Positions 1 to 13,764 of a stretch of 64,000 nucleotides of DNA are shown here, in pieces. The DNA is from Paramecium tetraurelia. Lineage: Eukaryota. The stretch's first letter is position 1, and each line of letters opens with the position of its first letter. The DNA is taken from NCBI GenBank assembly GCA_000165425.1, contig CT868540.1, positions 682,001-746,000 of the forward strand. The letters run 5' to 3'. Both the position numbers and the translations under genes were made by a program. A model generated the notes under the pieces. The model saw nothing but the letters and a program-made list of their open reading frames with translations. It was not told the origin of the DNA and searched no databases.

Positions 1-1473
<1,473 letters not shown>

Positions 1474-1504
1474 GTTTATAAAATTTAATTTATTTATTAA
1501 TTAA

Positions 1505-2961
1505 TCACTCATCACTAATCAATTCTATAATATCCTAGATGTGCATCTAATTCGAAATGAAAACATGCTTAAATGCTTTTTAATCAAAATAAGCATCATT
1601 TTCATCACTTATTACTTTCGACAGTTTAAAATTTTATATTAGCTCTTGATAGATTGGTTTCACTGTTGGATGTTTCTCCATAAACTATTCACAAAGTATC
1701 CTATTGATATTACAAAACTCTCTGTTTGTCACTCTTTATTATCGCTCTGGATCATAGAACTATTATTATTATTTGATTCACCTACATTAAGCACACTGTC
1801 TATCCTCTCCTTTAAACTGGCCTTCTTGTATATGAACACTCTCACAAAATAGCAGAATTATTTGTATGATACCCTTTCCTCATTATTAATAGGAGTTAAA
1901 TCAAAACTTAATAATAGTCTATCACCTATGATTGGCTTCTTTAAGATCTAAAAGCCATCCTTCAGAGATTCAATAGTCATTCCTTTAGTTTTGTAGAGAT
2001 GCCAAAATGAGTTAATTTTTGGACTGCACTATCAATAGTAAAGCTTTACTCAAATTTATAAAATTTCATTGACTGTGGCAATTCTGTAATTTATGAAGAA
2101 GTCTCCTGAGATTGAAATTATATCATAGATCTCCTCAGTGATTCTACACTATTGCTAACTTGGTTTTTTTGAAAAGAGAATTTAGGAATCAATTCACATT
2201 TTGAGCATTGAGGTGGCTCTTAACCTATTGATTGTCTAGTCCATCTATTCAAAATGTATGATTATGATGGAAATTTTATTTAAAGTTGAGTCGATGATCC
2301 TTCAACAAGATACCTTTGAATATCCTATTTTAGATTGTCTTCCATAGCCTTCATTTTAATTAGTCCTTCCTAGGTTTGCTCATTGTCTAATTGCAATTTA
2401 GCTATGTAAATAGTTTCCAAACAACTTGATGGACCTTATGGCTTTCTTGCCTTTATGAGATGATCCGATGTATAATTGCTTCTTTTAATCTAAAGACTAA
2501 TTTCATCTAATCATCTAATACTTGTTCACATTTAATTTTTTGTGCAATGTATTTTTATCCCATATCCCTATGGTTTTCCCTAATTTATATGTTCCCTCAA
2601 GGTACTCTGCTACATTGATTTACCCAGGAGGCTTTTAATATTTGTAGTTTTTATATGGCAGGTTGAATAAGTTGTAATATTCAGGAGGTCTCTCTGGTAA
2701 ATCTGTTTAAGTTTTAGGTCTATCCTACAAAGTAAGAAGAGCTCGCTTCTCTGTGGGTTAGTTAGCACTTTATTTTTTTAATGGACTGCTTACAGATTTC
2801 CTGAATTTGCAATCTGCACTTGATGGAAATCTCTATCTAGTTTTTAATATTCTTCTGAAGTGATCGTATTCTCCAGGCTAATCAAGGTGAAATCAACAAG
2901 TTACTGTTTTACTTTATCTAGTTGATGGTACAGTACTTGGGGTTTACATAATTGCAATCAT
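1505..2961 (-). CDS. Hypothetical protein with C-terminal degenerate EF-hand (calcineurin-B/NCS-like) region; exon structure uncertain
   Basis: The C-terminus reads ...DRLLLSFDLTPINNEERVSYKQFCYFVRVFIYKKASLKERIDSVLN^FYDPERQQRVTNREFCNI...ELISDE*, with TGA at 1505-1507. A frame break near 1980-2060 is unresolved. Confidence 0.5.
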
Positions 2962-3023
2962 TTTTGTAATAAAAATAATTAACTCAACTAAGTGATAATT
3001 ACATAATTTGTATTAATTTAATT

Positions 3024-3322
3024 ATGAATATTGTTAAGACAATTAGATAAGTATTCTAATTTTCAAGAGTCAGATACTTTGTCTAATAAAAAGATCCAAG
3101 AATCAACGCTGAGTATCCTGATTCCAAAGAAACTAAAATCCCAAATGTTTGTGCAAATCCAGAAAAATTGAGTGAATAAGGAGAATTTTGCAAAGTCACA
3201 GTATAAGGAAAGGATGTCACTTCCTCTGAAAAGTAAATTTGATTTAATCATCTCTTAGATTGAGAATAAAAGCTAAAGTGAAAAACTGTAAAGAAATTAA
3301 TGGAATCATCGCATATATTTGA
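3024..3322 (+). CDS. Small (~90 aa) hypothetical protein with a basic N-terminus resembling a mitochondrial presequence
   Basis: MNIVKTIRQVFQFSRVRYFVQQKDPRINAEYPDS...KNCKEINGIIAYI*. One 26-nt intron (gtaaatttg...tcttag) removes an in-frame TGA. Confidence 0.6.
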
Positions 3323-3745
3323 TGCTGATTATATAAAAAATCATTAAACACATCCTTCAAATACATTTCTTAATGACTCAGACTAAATTTATTAGCAAAA
3401 ATATGCCTATAATCTTCAAAGCATAATAATACACAAATAAATGGCATTTTTCATTCTATTATTATATCACCTATTTGATAAGTTTTCTAATTATATTTCT
3501 CCTTTCTTTATGCTTATATAAGCTTTTAGGATAATATAAATGGAAGAAAATACCAATTATATTTATGTATTGAAAAATGGAAGGATTTTCAATATATCAC
3601 ATAAGGATGTGATTGCTCAATTAAATCTTGAATCTTTTTAAATTTGTATTCATAAATGAAGGGATTATAAAATTTTAACTTAATCATACGTTGGTCTAGA
3701 AAATAAAATAAGTGAATAAATTATTTGATTAATTTAAAATAAAAT

Positions 3746-6106
3746 ATGCAAATAAATAGTAATGGGTTGAATGCGGGAATTGGGGGCACTTAAAATGGTA
3801 ATATGCCTACTTCTTAAGTTTTGAAATAAATTGCTCAAAATAAACAACAGACATAGTAAAACAAATAAGCGTAGGAATAAGATCTAGCCATAATTGCATA
3901 ATAGACAGATCATCTTAGAAAAAGAATCTCTAACATTTTTAATATGCCAATTAAGCTTAAAAAAACCTAAAGTAATTTATAAACTCTAGTTAGACTTTAT
4001 GATTGAGGATATTGGATTAAAGGTGGATTCCCTCTTCAAAAAATCTCATCTAAATTAAAGCAATGTCGATTATCTGAGTGACCACATTAAAAGATTAGGA
4101 GATAGAATTAACCAAGAAATGAAAAAAAAATAGGAGTAATATCATTCGAGCATATAAATTGATAATTTCAGAAATTTTTCATCGATTTAACAAGAGTTCT
4201 AAAAAAATAAATAAGTATAATACTTCAAATAAACAAATTAGATTTACAATTCCTTTTATAAGACTGAACTAAAGACAACGGCAAGACAAAAGGAAAAACT
4301 AATAGACATCCTCACTTCTTCAAATAGAACTGAAAAATTAGTGTCACATGAAATTTAACTAAATTAATATAGTGAAGTAATTTTGTCAAAATTGTTTACC
4401 GAAAACCATTTATATTAAGCACTCTTGAATTTTATCAAAAATAAGAATGATTTATCAATCTACGAGAAACTTTTTAGAACATTGGAGCTTTTTGAAACTA
4501 CTCACAATGTGGAGATGAGATTGTTAGCAGATTAATTTAAGAATATATCAAATACATTAAATTAATAACAAAAATGGTACTCAAATTCAATTAAAAAATA
4601 GTGAGAGAATTATTCGAAATACAGTCACACATTTAGAAAATGACATGCTTAAATAAATTGGTCACTTAGATTTATAGAATTTAAATCGAAAATTCAAAGA
4701 GTTCTACCTTCCTTATCTATAAACTACTGAATTGTATTAAATCGGACAGTTTTTCCCAACTGGAATCCTCTTTATATTGATGAGGTGTGGGAAGATTAAT
4801 GAAGCATAAAAGATACTTTCTGGATTGATATCAAGTGATTAAAGAATAGCTTAGTAATTTTTAAGTTTTTTCGATTTACAAAAGCAAGAAATTCTCAATC
4901 AAAATGATGTAGAAGAGAAATCAAGACAACAATATTGTGATATCTTATTGCAACAATGTTATTGGTTGCTCTTAGATGTTAGTGATGCTTACGATGTATT
5001 TGAATAAACCTAATTTCAAAAAGACAGAGACTTTTACATATGGTTTACATTGAAAACAACTCATTGTTCTGATGAATTTGTGGTATATGAAAGGTCTGAT
5101 CAAGAATCAAAAAAGGCTTTCTTTCATTGGAAACTTATAGATCTCCATGAAAATATACCTTAATCCACAGTAAGTCTGAGAATCAACATTATATTGCAAA
5201 GGTATGATTACATTTTGAGTGAGCTATACAAGTACTAAAATCAATGTCTTTCATAAGTGGAGTATTTTATCTTAGACACAGTTCTTACAGCATTGAAAAT
5301 GAAAATACAAAAGAATGCAACAGCTGAAGAACAAAAGAAAAATATCATTGATAACCTTGTTAATTACACTTAAAATAAGCTGCCTCTTGTTTCTTGTTTA
5401 CTAATGAGTGTTAGCACTTATAATGTTGAAGCTATTGCAAACCTATTATAAAAAACCAATCATGTTACATAAGTGTTGATGGACAAAAACTTTAGAGAAA
5501 ATCTAGAAGTCATTTTTGGTAAAGAGGGTTTACTAAATATTACAAATGAGATGGTTCATTTATTCTTTGAAAAGAGCTTACACAATTCATTAAAAGAATT
5601 TTAATAATAATTAGAGAAATCTTCTACCATGAATTAAATTAATGATTGTCATACTGTCTTGATTTTAAAATTAGATGAAATGAGCATCTATTTGAAACAA
5701 ATACTAAATCAATATACGGAAACCCTGTTAGAAACAGCCATTTATCTATATCATGAGACACAGCTTGTATATATATTAAGTTGTGTTATTGTTAACTAAT
5801 ACTGCGTGATTAAATTAGGGTCCTAAATCGAAAAGAGACAATTGTAAGTAAGGAACTTGGAAACCCTACATTCAAGAATTAAGAGTTGTGCCAAAGATTG
5901 TAGATAGTTTACATATTTTTATCGATTCTATTTGATAGAAATATTTTAATAGACTCAATAATCTATGAGATAAGAATAAGTTAATCTAAATGAAATCAAT
6001 CAAGCTTTATCAAACCTCAATATCAAAGAATTAACAAAAAATTTAATTGAAAACAAGTAAGTTCACTTAATTAAGATGGTGTTCTGGCAGATTTTGTAAT
6101 TGATTG
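3746..6106 (+). CDS. NUP93: Probable divergent nucleoporin Nup93/Nic96
   Basis: Motifs occur in the expected order: RIIRNTVTHLENDM (cf. FVRQALAYLEQ), GILFILMRCGKINEAQKIL (cf. WALIYYCMRCGDLLAA), CDILLQQCYWLL (cf. DPYKRAVY) and RDFYIWFTLK (cf. EDYLWLKL). About 750 aa, helical, several tiny introns. Confidence 0.6.
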
Positions 6107-6420
6107 ACTTAAAAAAATGCTAATAAAAATCTTACTTAATGTAATAATTTATGTGTATTAAATAGCGAAAAAATACAAGAATTGAATGAGGCATTGCTGA
6201 AATTCCCAGAAAGTCAAGGAATTAAGATTTGCAGGGAAGATGTTCAATTTTCATAAATTGTTGTTGATATTTTGAATTCTTATTCAAAAGTGTTAAAGAT
6301 GTATTGAGCTCTGTTCTTCTGTAATTCAATTTAATTATAAATTATTTTTTCTTTTAATTATGTTAGATTAAGTTAATAATATATTGTAATTTATTAAATT
6401 TGTAATTATTATCAGAGAGA

Positions 6421-6753
6421 ATGCTATCAAAAAGGAAGGTTTCATCTTAAAATCAAGAAGAATCATCCAACTCAATAGAACAATTATGCAATAAAATTCG
6501 TAAGGTGATTGTGAGCGAGGTGGGCGAAAAATATATCTAAAATCATTCTGAAAAAGGCATTAAATAAAAAAGAACTAAGCACAAAGCAAAAAGAGAAGAT
6601 GAATAATATATTATAGAAATAATACAGAATGATCCAGTGGAAGTAGAAGAATAGCTTTCTTCAATTAAAGCGATATCTGAATCCTAATCGTGGCTAATAG
6701 AAGAACTAATTGAAGAAATAAATAAGTTCAATACCCATTAAGAGATTGAATGA
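6421..6753 (+). CDS. Hypothetical 110 aa protein
   Basis: Intronless table-6 ORF, MLSKRKVSSQNQEESSNSIEQLCNKIRKV...KFNTHQEIE*. Confidence 0.5.
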
Positions 6754-7336
6754 AGTTCTTTAATTAATTATGATAAAATATTTATTCTGATATATGGTTT
6801 TTTATACATAGGTACGTCTTCTATACTTAAACTAAAAATATTATTTATTTTCTATCTAAATTCTACTCGTACGATTGAAAAATATGATAGGATCATTAAA
6901 TAATTGATCAAAATAAAAATGGAGATAAGCAACTTAATTCATTAATATTCAAAATGAAAAATTCATTACACTCTGAAAATTTAAACTAATAAGTGGACTT
7001 TTTGACTCAACTAAAAATTAAATATGGTTTTAGATAATGAGTTTATAAAATTCTATATCAAACAGATTTAATGAAAATAAAACTGATATGATATTGTAAT
7101 AATTATCAAATGAATATTGATCCAAAATTAATTATCTATATGGATAATTTTAAAATATGAAAGACCATCATAATAATGAAAAAGACAATGCGATTATATT
7201 TTTAGGTTTCCATAATATGCCTTAATTAATGAGATGATTTGCTCATTTTTCGCATTATTTTTATATAATTATATTGTAATATTTAGTATTATCTTTATTA
7301 AACAAATGATATTAATTAAATTTCAAATATAAATAC

Positions 7337-7581
7337 ATGTCAAGTGAAGAGGAAGTACTTTATCTCTTTTATTCTTCTAGAAAATGAAATAGTTGTAAGC
7401 CCTTCCAATTAGAAATTACTTGGATTAAACTGTAGTGCCCCTCCTATTGTAGGCAATGACTGAAGTAGCAAAAGTGAGGTTAGATTTTTTCTATTTATTA
7501 AGACCTCAAAATCCAATTGAATTCATTGCTAACTTTTTGCTGTAGAATAACCCAGAGAAAGCATAAGCTAGATAATAATGA
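7337..7581 (+). CDS. DPY30: DPY-30 family protein (dimerisation/docking motif)
   Basis: MSSEEE^KMKQLQALPIRNYLDQTVVPLLLQAMTEVAKVR^PQNPIEFIANFLLQNNPEK matches the Dpy-30 consensus LPxRxYLDQTVVPxLLQ..RPxNPIEFxAxxLL. Two tiny introns. Confidence 0.9.
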
Positions 7582-7999
7582 GTGTTAGCGAACTGAAACT
7601 GATTTTATATAAACAAAATAAATAAATACTAAGATTTTATTATAAAGGCTATTTCTTGGACCTTGAGTTTATTTGCAGCAATTCATTAATTATTATAAAT
7701 TGTATTAGGGGTTATAATTATTCGTCTTACGTATTTTTAATATAAGATTTTGGGAGTTGAGGAGAATTGTAATTGAAAATCGGAATCGTTTTATAAGCCA
7801 TTTAGTTTATTCAATATACAAAGAATCTTCAAGGAAAAATATATATATATATACAAATAAAAATTGGATAATTATTATTTACTATAATTGATTTTTAAGG
7901 TGCATTGATTTAAGTTGTAATTTAATTCACATAAATATGAATTAGCATTGATTTTAAAATTTATTAATAAAAATATATAAATTTTATTTGTTAAATTAA

Positions 8000-8621
8000 A
8001 TGCTCCCTAATGAGAAATACGGAATTGTTGTAAAAACAGGAACTACATTAAATGGAAATATTTTGATAAGACATTATGAGCAGGTTCCAAATATAATGGA
8101 AAAGCATTTAGTGCCAAGGCCCATTTAGATTGTTTACATAGAATCAATTGAAGAACCTTGGCGTTAATTGGCTTTGGATTTGGAGAGAAAATACGTAGCA
8201 TTGACCTTGGAGATACAGAATAGAAAACTAAATGGATATCAAAAGACTGAAAATGGTTAGATTACTTAAAATGAGGTGAATTAATAATGCGATGAAATAG
8301 AGAGTGAGATAGAAAAATTGGAATAACAATTGAAGTATAAAGTTCTGTTATTGTAGATAAATGGATGAGGATTATAATGATAAAATGAAATTGTTTTAGC
8401 AATTACAGGAATAGGAGACAAGAATCGAATCAACAAGTTATGATTAAGAGCATTAACTCGAAGAGATGAAGCTAAAATTTAAAAAGTTAAATGGATTAAA
8501 CAGTGATCTTAATGAAAAAATTGTTATGTTAGAGGCTGAAAACGAAGCAATCAAAAAGATGTAGACAAGGAAGAGCATTGTGACTACAACTACAACTAAA
8601 AACCAAATTCACGTTCTATGA
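8000..8621 (+). CDS. Hypothetical coiled-coil protein (~200 aa)
   Basis: MLPNEKYGIVVKTG...RPIQIVYIESIEEPWRQLALDLERKY...NEKIVMLEAENEAIKKM...HVL*. One 22-nt intron. Confidence 0.7.
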
Positions 8622-8769
8622 TTTTAGCAAATTTATTATATTTTTATCATTATACTAAACTATTTCGAGTGTTGAGAAGATTCAAATTGTTGAGGGAATT
8701 ATAATAATAAATAAACCTAAAAGCTTTGGGCAGAATATAATTATTAAAATTAACGAATTGCAGTTATTA

Positions 8770-9698
8770 ATGGATTTCGTTTAAAGTGAAGAGAGATATT
8801 AGAAATTAGAGAAAATAGGAGAAGGAACCTACGGATTAGTTTATAAGGCCAAAGATAATCAGACAGGGGAGATAGTGGCATTGAAGAAAATTAGAATGGA
8901 TCATGAAGATGAAGGAGTTCCGTCAACTGCCATTAGAGAGATTTCTTTATTGAAGGAAGTAAGAATACATAGAAATATCAGGTCTAACATCCAAATATTG
9001 TTCCTCTGAAAGATGTAGTTTATGATGAGTCAAGGTTGTACTTAATCTTTGACTTTGTTGATTTAGACTTAAAAAAGTACATGGAAAGCGTGCCTTAGTT
9101 AGATAGAGTTCAAGTGAAGAAATTTATTCACTAAATGTTATAAGCCCTAAATTATTGCCATTAAAATAGAGTTATTCATAGAGACTTAAAGCCTTAAAAT
9201 ATCTTGGTGGACATAAAGTAGTAAAACACTCAGATAGCAGATTTTGGATTGGCAAGAGCATTTGGTCTTCCGCTTAAAACCTACACCCATGAAGTTATTA
9301 CATTATGGTACAGAGCCCCAGAAATTCTTTTGGGATAGAGATAGTACTCAACTCCAGTGGATATATGGTCTTTGGGTTGTATATTTGCTGAGATGGCTTA
9401 GAAACGACCACTATTTTGTGGAGACTCCGAGATTGATTAGTTATTCAAGATATTTAAGATCATGGGAACTCCAAAGGAGTCCACTTGGCCAGGAGTCAGC
9501 ACTCTACCTGACTTCAAGAGTACTTTTCCAAGATGGCCAACTCCTACCAATCCAGCTGCTACTTTGGGGAGGGACATTACAAATTTATGTCCATTAGGAT
9601 TAGATCTACTTGCCAAGATGATTGTTTATGATCCTTATGCAAGAATCACAGCAGAAGAGGCTTTGAAGCATGCCTATTTTGATGATTTAAATAACTGA
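8770..9698 (+). CDS. CDC2: PSTAIRE-class cyclin-dependent kinase (CDK1/2 family), 301 aa
   Basis: [58 protein letters not shown] and GDSEIDQ are all present. Intron at 8959-8981. Confidence 0.97.
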
Positions 9699-9724
9699 TA
9701 TGAAATTTTATTATAATTATATTA

Positions 9725-11222
9725 ATGAGCAAATTATCGTAGGTTTTGAAATCTCACACGGATGTCAATGGGGTCACCCTTTTTGATCACATCAACAACT
9801 TCATTAATGAAGTCTTGTAAAGCAATCACAAGGATATGAACTCAATAGAACTCTTATCGGATTTCACAAAAAAAAATAGATTTCTTTTCAAAAAATTGTC
9901 ATCTGAAAGTGAAGTAAATAATCTTAAAGACAAAATCCCTGAATTTGCGGATTGGGTAAAGAGGGTTTCACAATTACTGAAAGTATAATGGCTATTAAAT
10001 TGTAGGGTCAAACAGTTGCATAAATGCCTACTATTTTATAAGACTTTGTTTCATCAGCCAGATTGTTAGAAGCTGCGGGTTATGGTTTTGGAGAGGAAGA
10101 AACCTACTAGATCCAATTAAGCATTAAGTAATTAAGTGTAAATATCAATATCTATTTTCAGATTGAAACTAATGCAACTGAGATGACATTCTTTGGAAAG
10201 ATACTTTGCAGAAATTCTGATTATTATGTGGCCAGAGGAGTAGTCCCTAAATTGCCAACCGATTATTTAGCCCCTAATGCTGAACCCAGGGGAGATGGTG
10301 TAAATTACTATACTTTCTGGGTCACAAACGATAGTAATTAACAACTTAATCCTTAGTATTGACTGATTGGAATGAATTACCATTGGTAACACCAGATTAA
10401 GTTAAAGTGGCTAGAGAAATAAAATATGTTTGTACAGGAAATTTGAATTAAGAATTAAAAACTTATCCTCCTTTTCCTGGAAAAGAAAAACACTATTTAA
10501 AAGCACAATTAGTAAGGATTCTACATGCTAATCTAATTGCACCAAAAGGACTTTATCAATAAAAAGATGATAATCGTAATTAATACATTTATCTATCTAT
10601 CTAGCTAAGGAATTGGAATTTGTAGAAGATTTCAAAATTCCAGAATTTGCTGAGTTGTAAAATCCAGACAGTTGGGTTCATGTTCCTGCATAAATATTAA
10701 AATAAGGAAGAATAACATTATACACAGATGGATTATCTGATGATGCAAAAAATGCTTTATTAGAGGCTAATCCAGATCTTGATAGTGAAACAACAAGATT
10801 AAAGGGAATTGCTGAAGATCGTCCACTCGAACCATTTTATCAAACTAATTGGCTAATTAAAACTTTCGGAGATTAAATGATATATCCACCTAAAGACGAA
10901 AATTCTGGCAACAATGTCTATGCAACTGTCATACTTAAAAACTACACTTGGAGCGGGGCTGTTACAGTTGCAAATGTATTATTAACAACAATTCTTTTAG
11001 CAAAATCAATGGGCATTTTTTTATGTTGGTTATGGATTCAAAGATACACAAGCAGCTTATGTGCCCATCCAAAACAATGACTTATAATTGGAACCAGAAG
11101 ATAAATCAGAATTTCCTGAACCAAATCCTAAAAACCCACCCAAACCCCCTGAGCCAGAAAAAGTTGAAGGTCAAGATGGTTAGGATGGATAAGACTAGTA
11201 AGCAGATCCAGATGATTAATGA
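9725..11222 (+). CDS. RSPH4A: Radial spoke head protein RSP4/6 (RSPH4A/6A-like)
   Basis: AAGYGFGEEE, FFGKILCRNSDYYVA, GVNYYTFWV, WNELPLVTPDQVKVAREIK..TGNL, YPPFPGKEKHYLKAQLVRI, WVHVPAQILKQGR, WSGAVTVA and FFYVGYG. Confidence 0.9.
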
Positions 11223-11245
11223 TTTACAATTATGGCAATTCAACA

Positions 11246-11560
11246 TCAATACAATCCTGCTAATTCATTTACTGTATTTTCATATTTCCATTCTTTCCTC
11301 TTTTCGACTTCCAAATTATCTTCAAACTTTTTCTTTATTATTTCTATTTCCAATGGACTTAATTATAAGTCTGCGAGAGTTGTCTTCTCATTTAAATTGA
11401 TCATAGCATTTGGTATTGATGTTTATTTGATGTTAATGAAATAAGCTCCTTTTTCCCTTAATTCAACAGTTTGAAAGCTGATTACACTATTTCTTTATTT
11501 GATATAATTAGTTAATTGAATGATCAATAACTTTTAGAACATATACTGTCTAATATTCAT
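11246..11560 (-). CDS. Small protein with an acyl-carrier-protein-like C-terminal half lacking the DSL serine
   Basis: 104 aa ORF ending ...INLNEKTTLADLQLSPLEIEIIKKKFEDNLEVEKRKEWKYENTVNELAGLY*. Confidence 0.45.
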
Positions 11561-11671
11561 TAAATTTATTTTTATATAATTTAGAAAAAGTTTACATCTT
11601 TGGAATATGATCACTAGGAAAAACAGATTGTGAATTTATCATTCAAAATAAAATCAATTAGATATCAATGC

Positions 11672-12653
11672 TCACTATTATTTCTATGGGATACCGTGTA
11701 ATCTTTCTAAGTAATCCATAACAGGAGTAGTTAGTAATGCTTAGAACATGAATTAACAAAATCTCATCTACCAACCAGCATAAAATCCATGTATTCCCTT
11801 TTCTTCATACACCTTTTTAAATGCACTCCAAATTGATAGATTTTTAATTTAATCATTATTTTCCATTTAAAATTATGTTTTAATCATATCAAACGGTTGC
11901 ACAATGATGATATTTGGAATTGCTGTTAAAATAGAACACAGGACAATCTCTTAAATTGTCAATTTATGAGATGGTTCTCCTTTGAAATAATATCTAACCC
12001 TGTGATCCCAATATAAATAATTAGTCCATGAAACTACTTATTTTAGAATCATAACTTCCATGCCAGTGAACAAATCTCTAGTAAATCCTTTAATTCCTCC
12101 ATCATGTTCCCACATATATTTTAGAACTAAAGTTATAGTCAGATCAATTACCAGATTTGGATTATTATTAAGTCATCATCTGACATTTAACTCTTTCGAA
12201 TGGGCAAGTTACAAAAGACTCAAACAAAGCAATAGTTATTCCTGCTAATCCTTTGTGTAAGGCCGGAGCACTCTCTTTAACCTTTTGAGGCAATATTTGC
12301 ATATAGAGCTTTGGAATCAAAATCATCATAGGCCATCTACAAATACTAGCTTACGAATTTACCTATAGTATTATTTGAATAGTTAAATGCTTATTTATGA
12401 TGAAAAACCAGCAAATATTCCCCTGAAAATTCCATTCCGATAATAACTTTCAAGAAATAGCTATTTGTGGCTTTTAATGGTTTACTTGTTTAAAATTGTT
12501 ATTTTACGAAGCCTAGATCAAAGTCTTAAAACGATCGAAGAAATGATCCATTGGTAATCCTACAATTGCTCTTGACACTCCAATTAATTGAGTTTCCAAA
12601 ATTGGTTTTAAAACTTCCTTGCTTTTATAAATCCATTATGTTCTTTCAGTCAT
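11672..12653 (-). CDS. Mitochondrial carrier family (SLC25) protein
   Basis: Three carrier signature motifs Px[DE]xx[KR]: (H)FFDRFK (degenerate), CPFERVKCQM and QPFDMIKTQFQ. It also has GIFRGIFAGF and GIHGFYAGW..R. Tiny introns are present. Confidence 0.9.
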
Positions 12654-13341
12654 TTTATTTAAAACATTTAATCATTATATGATTTACAGCTTATAACAGA
12701 CTAAGTGCGCACTTAATTCAATAATATACTTATGAGGTATAAATATTATCAAATCATGATGCAATATTAAATTTAAATTAATAGCAAAATTTTGATTACT
12801 TTACAAAATAGTAAATTTGATTGGCTTAACTAATAAAGTTTTCTACAGAAAAAATAGTGTCGATAATTTGAACCTGCATATTTCATTCTTATATAGATTA
12901 CTTTTTCTATAATTTATTTAATATTAGTTTATTTAAAATGATTTTGATCAGTTTTATTGTTTAATTAGAAATAAAAGTGACATTTTCAGCAAATATTCAA
13001 TGATGAAATTTTCTCCTCATTAAATATTTCCATAATTTATAAATCATTTATAGTGTTTTTCAATATCAATAGCAATTTAAATATGTCTCAAATTCTTTAA
13101 TAGAGAAGAGAACGTATTTTTCATCTAATTTCACTATCTTAATTAAAATATTGAATAAATTAATATAATTTAAATCAATTTGATCAAAAAAAAGTGATAA
13201 AATCTTAGAAGAATTTCATAAGGAAACTTGAACCATCAATTTATCTGAATTTATTTTGAACAGTAATCAATTATGATAGTAAAATGAAAAATATATAAAT
13301 ATGATCATTAAAATTTATATAAATAAATTAATAATTATTAG

Positions 13342-13687
13342 ATGTCTTAATAACAAGACCCACCAAGTGCAAGGAAAAGAATTAGAAGATGCACGAAACA
13401 TGATGAGACTCCTCGTCCCTATAAATGTGGTTGTGGGCGTGGTTACTACAGCTATCCAGCATTGTATACTCATTTGAAGTAATTCTATTCATATCTTATA
13501 TAGGATTAAGCATGAAGGGCAACCTCCTGCTGGGACTTAAATACCAAGTGATAAGCATTATGGAAGTAGGGGAAGGCCAAGGGAAAAGAATTTTAAGTGC
13601 GAAGAAGAAAGCAAGCATCAAGTCTTTATTGATGAAGATAAGCGGGAAGACAATCAGAAAGATGAGAAAATCACAATCAATTAATGA
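13342..13687 (+). CDS. Small C2H2-like zinc-finger protein with an AT-hook (putative transcription/chromatin factor)
   Basis: RKRIRR..RPYKCGCGRGYYSYPALYTHLK^IKHEG followed by GSRGRPREK. One 25-nt intron. Confidence 0.75.
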
Positions 13688-13764
13688 AAATAGAAGAAAG
13701 CAAAGGTCTTTTTTCTTTTATTAATAATTTATATCTAATACTTATTAATAACCTCTTTCTATAA

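Noticed and set aside
4588..4614. Apparent in-frame TGA or frameshift in the Nup93-like gene
   Set aside because: It is resolved by a canonical 25-nt intron (gtactc...aaatag).
6150..6330. Slightly GC-richer intergenic patch as an ncRNA or small gene
   Set aside because: No start codon with a convincing ORF and no tRNA/snRNA motifs; at most a gene relic.
12990..13100. ATGATGA (C-box-like) in the long AT-rich intergenic region as a C/D snoRNA
   Set aside because: There is no CTGA D box at a suitable distance and no recognisable rRNA-complementary guide.
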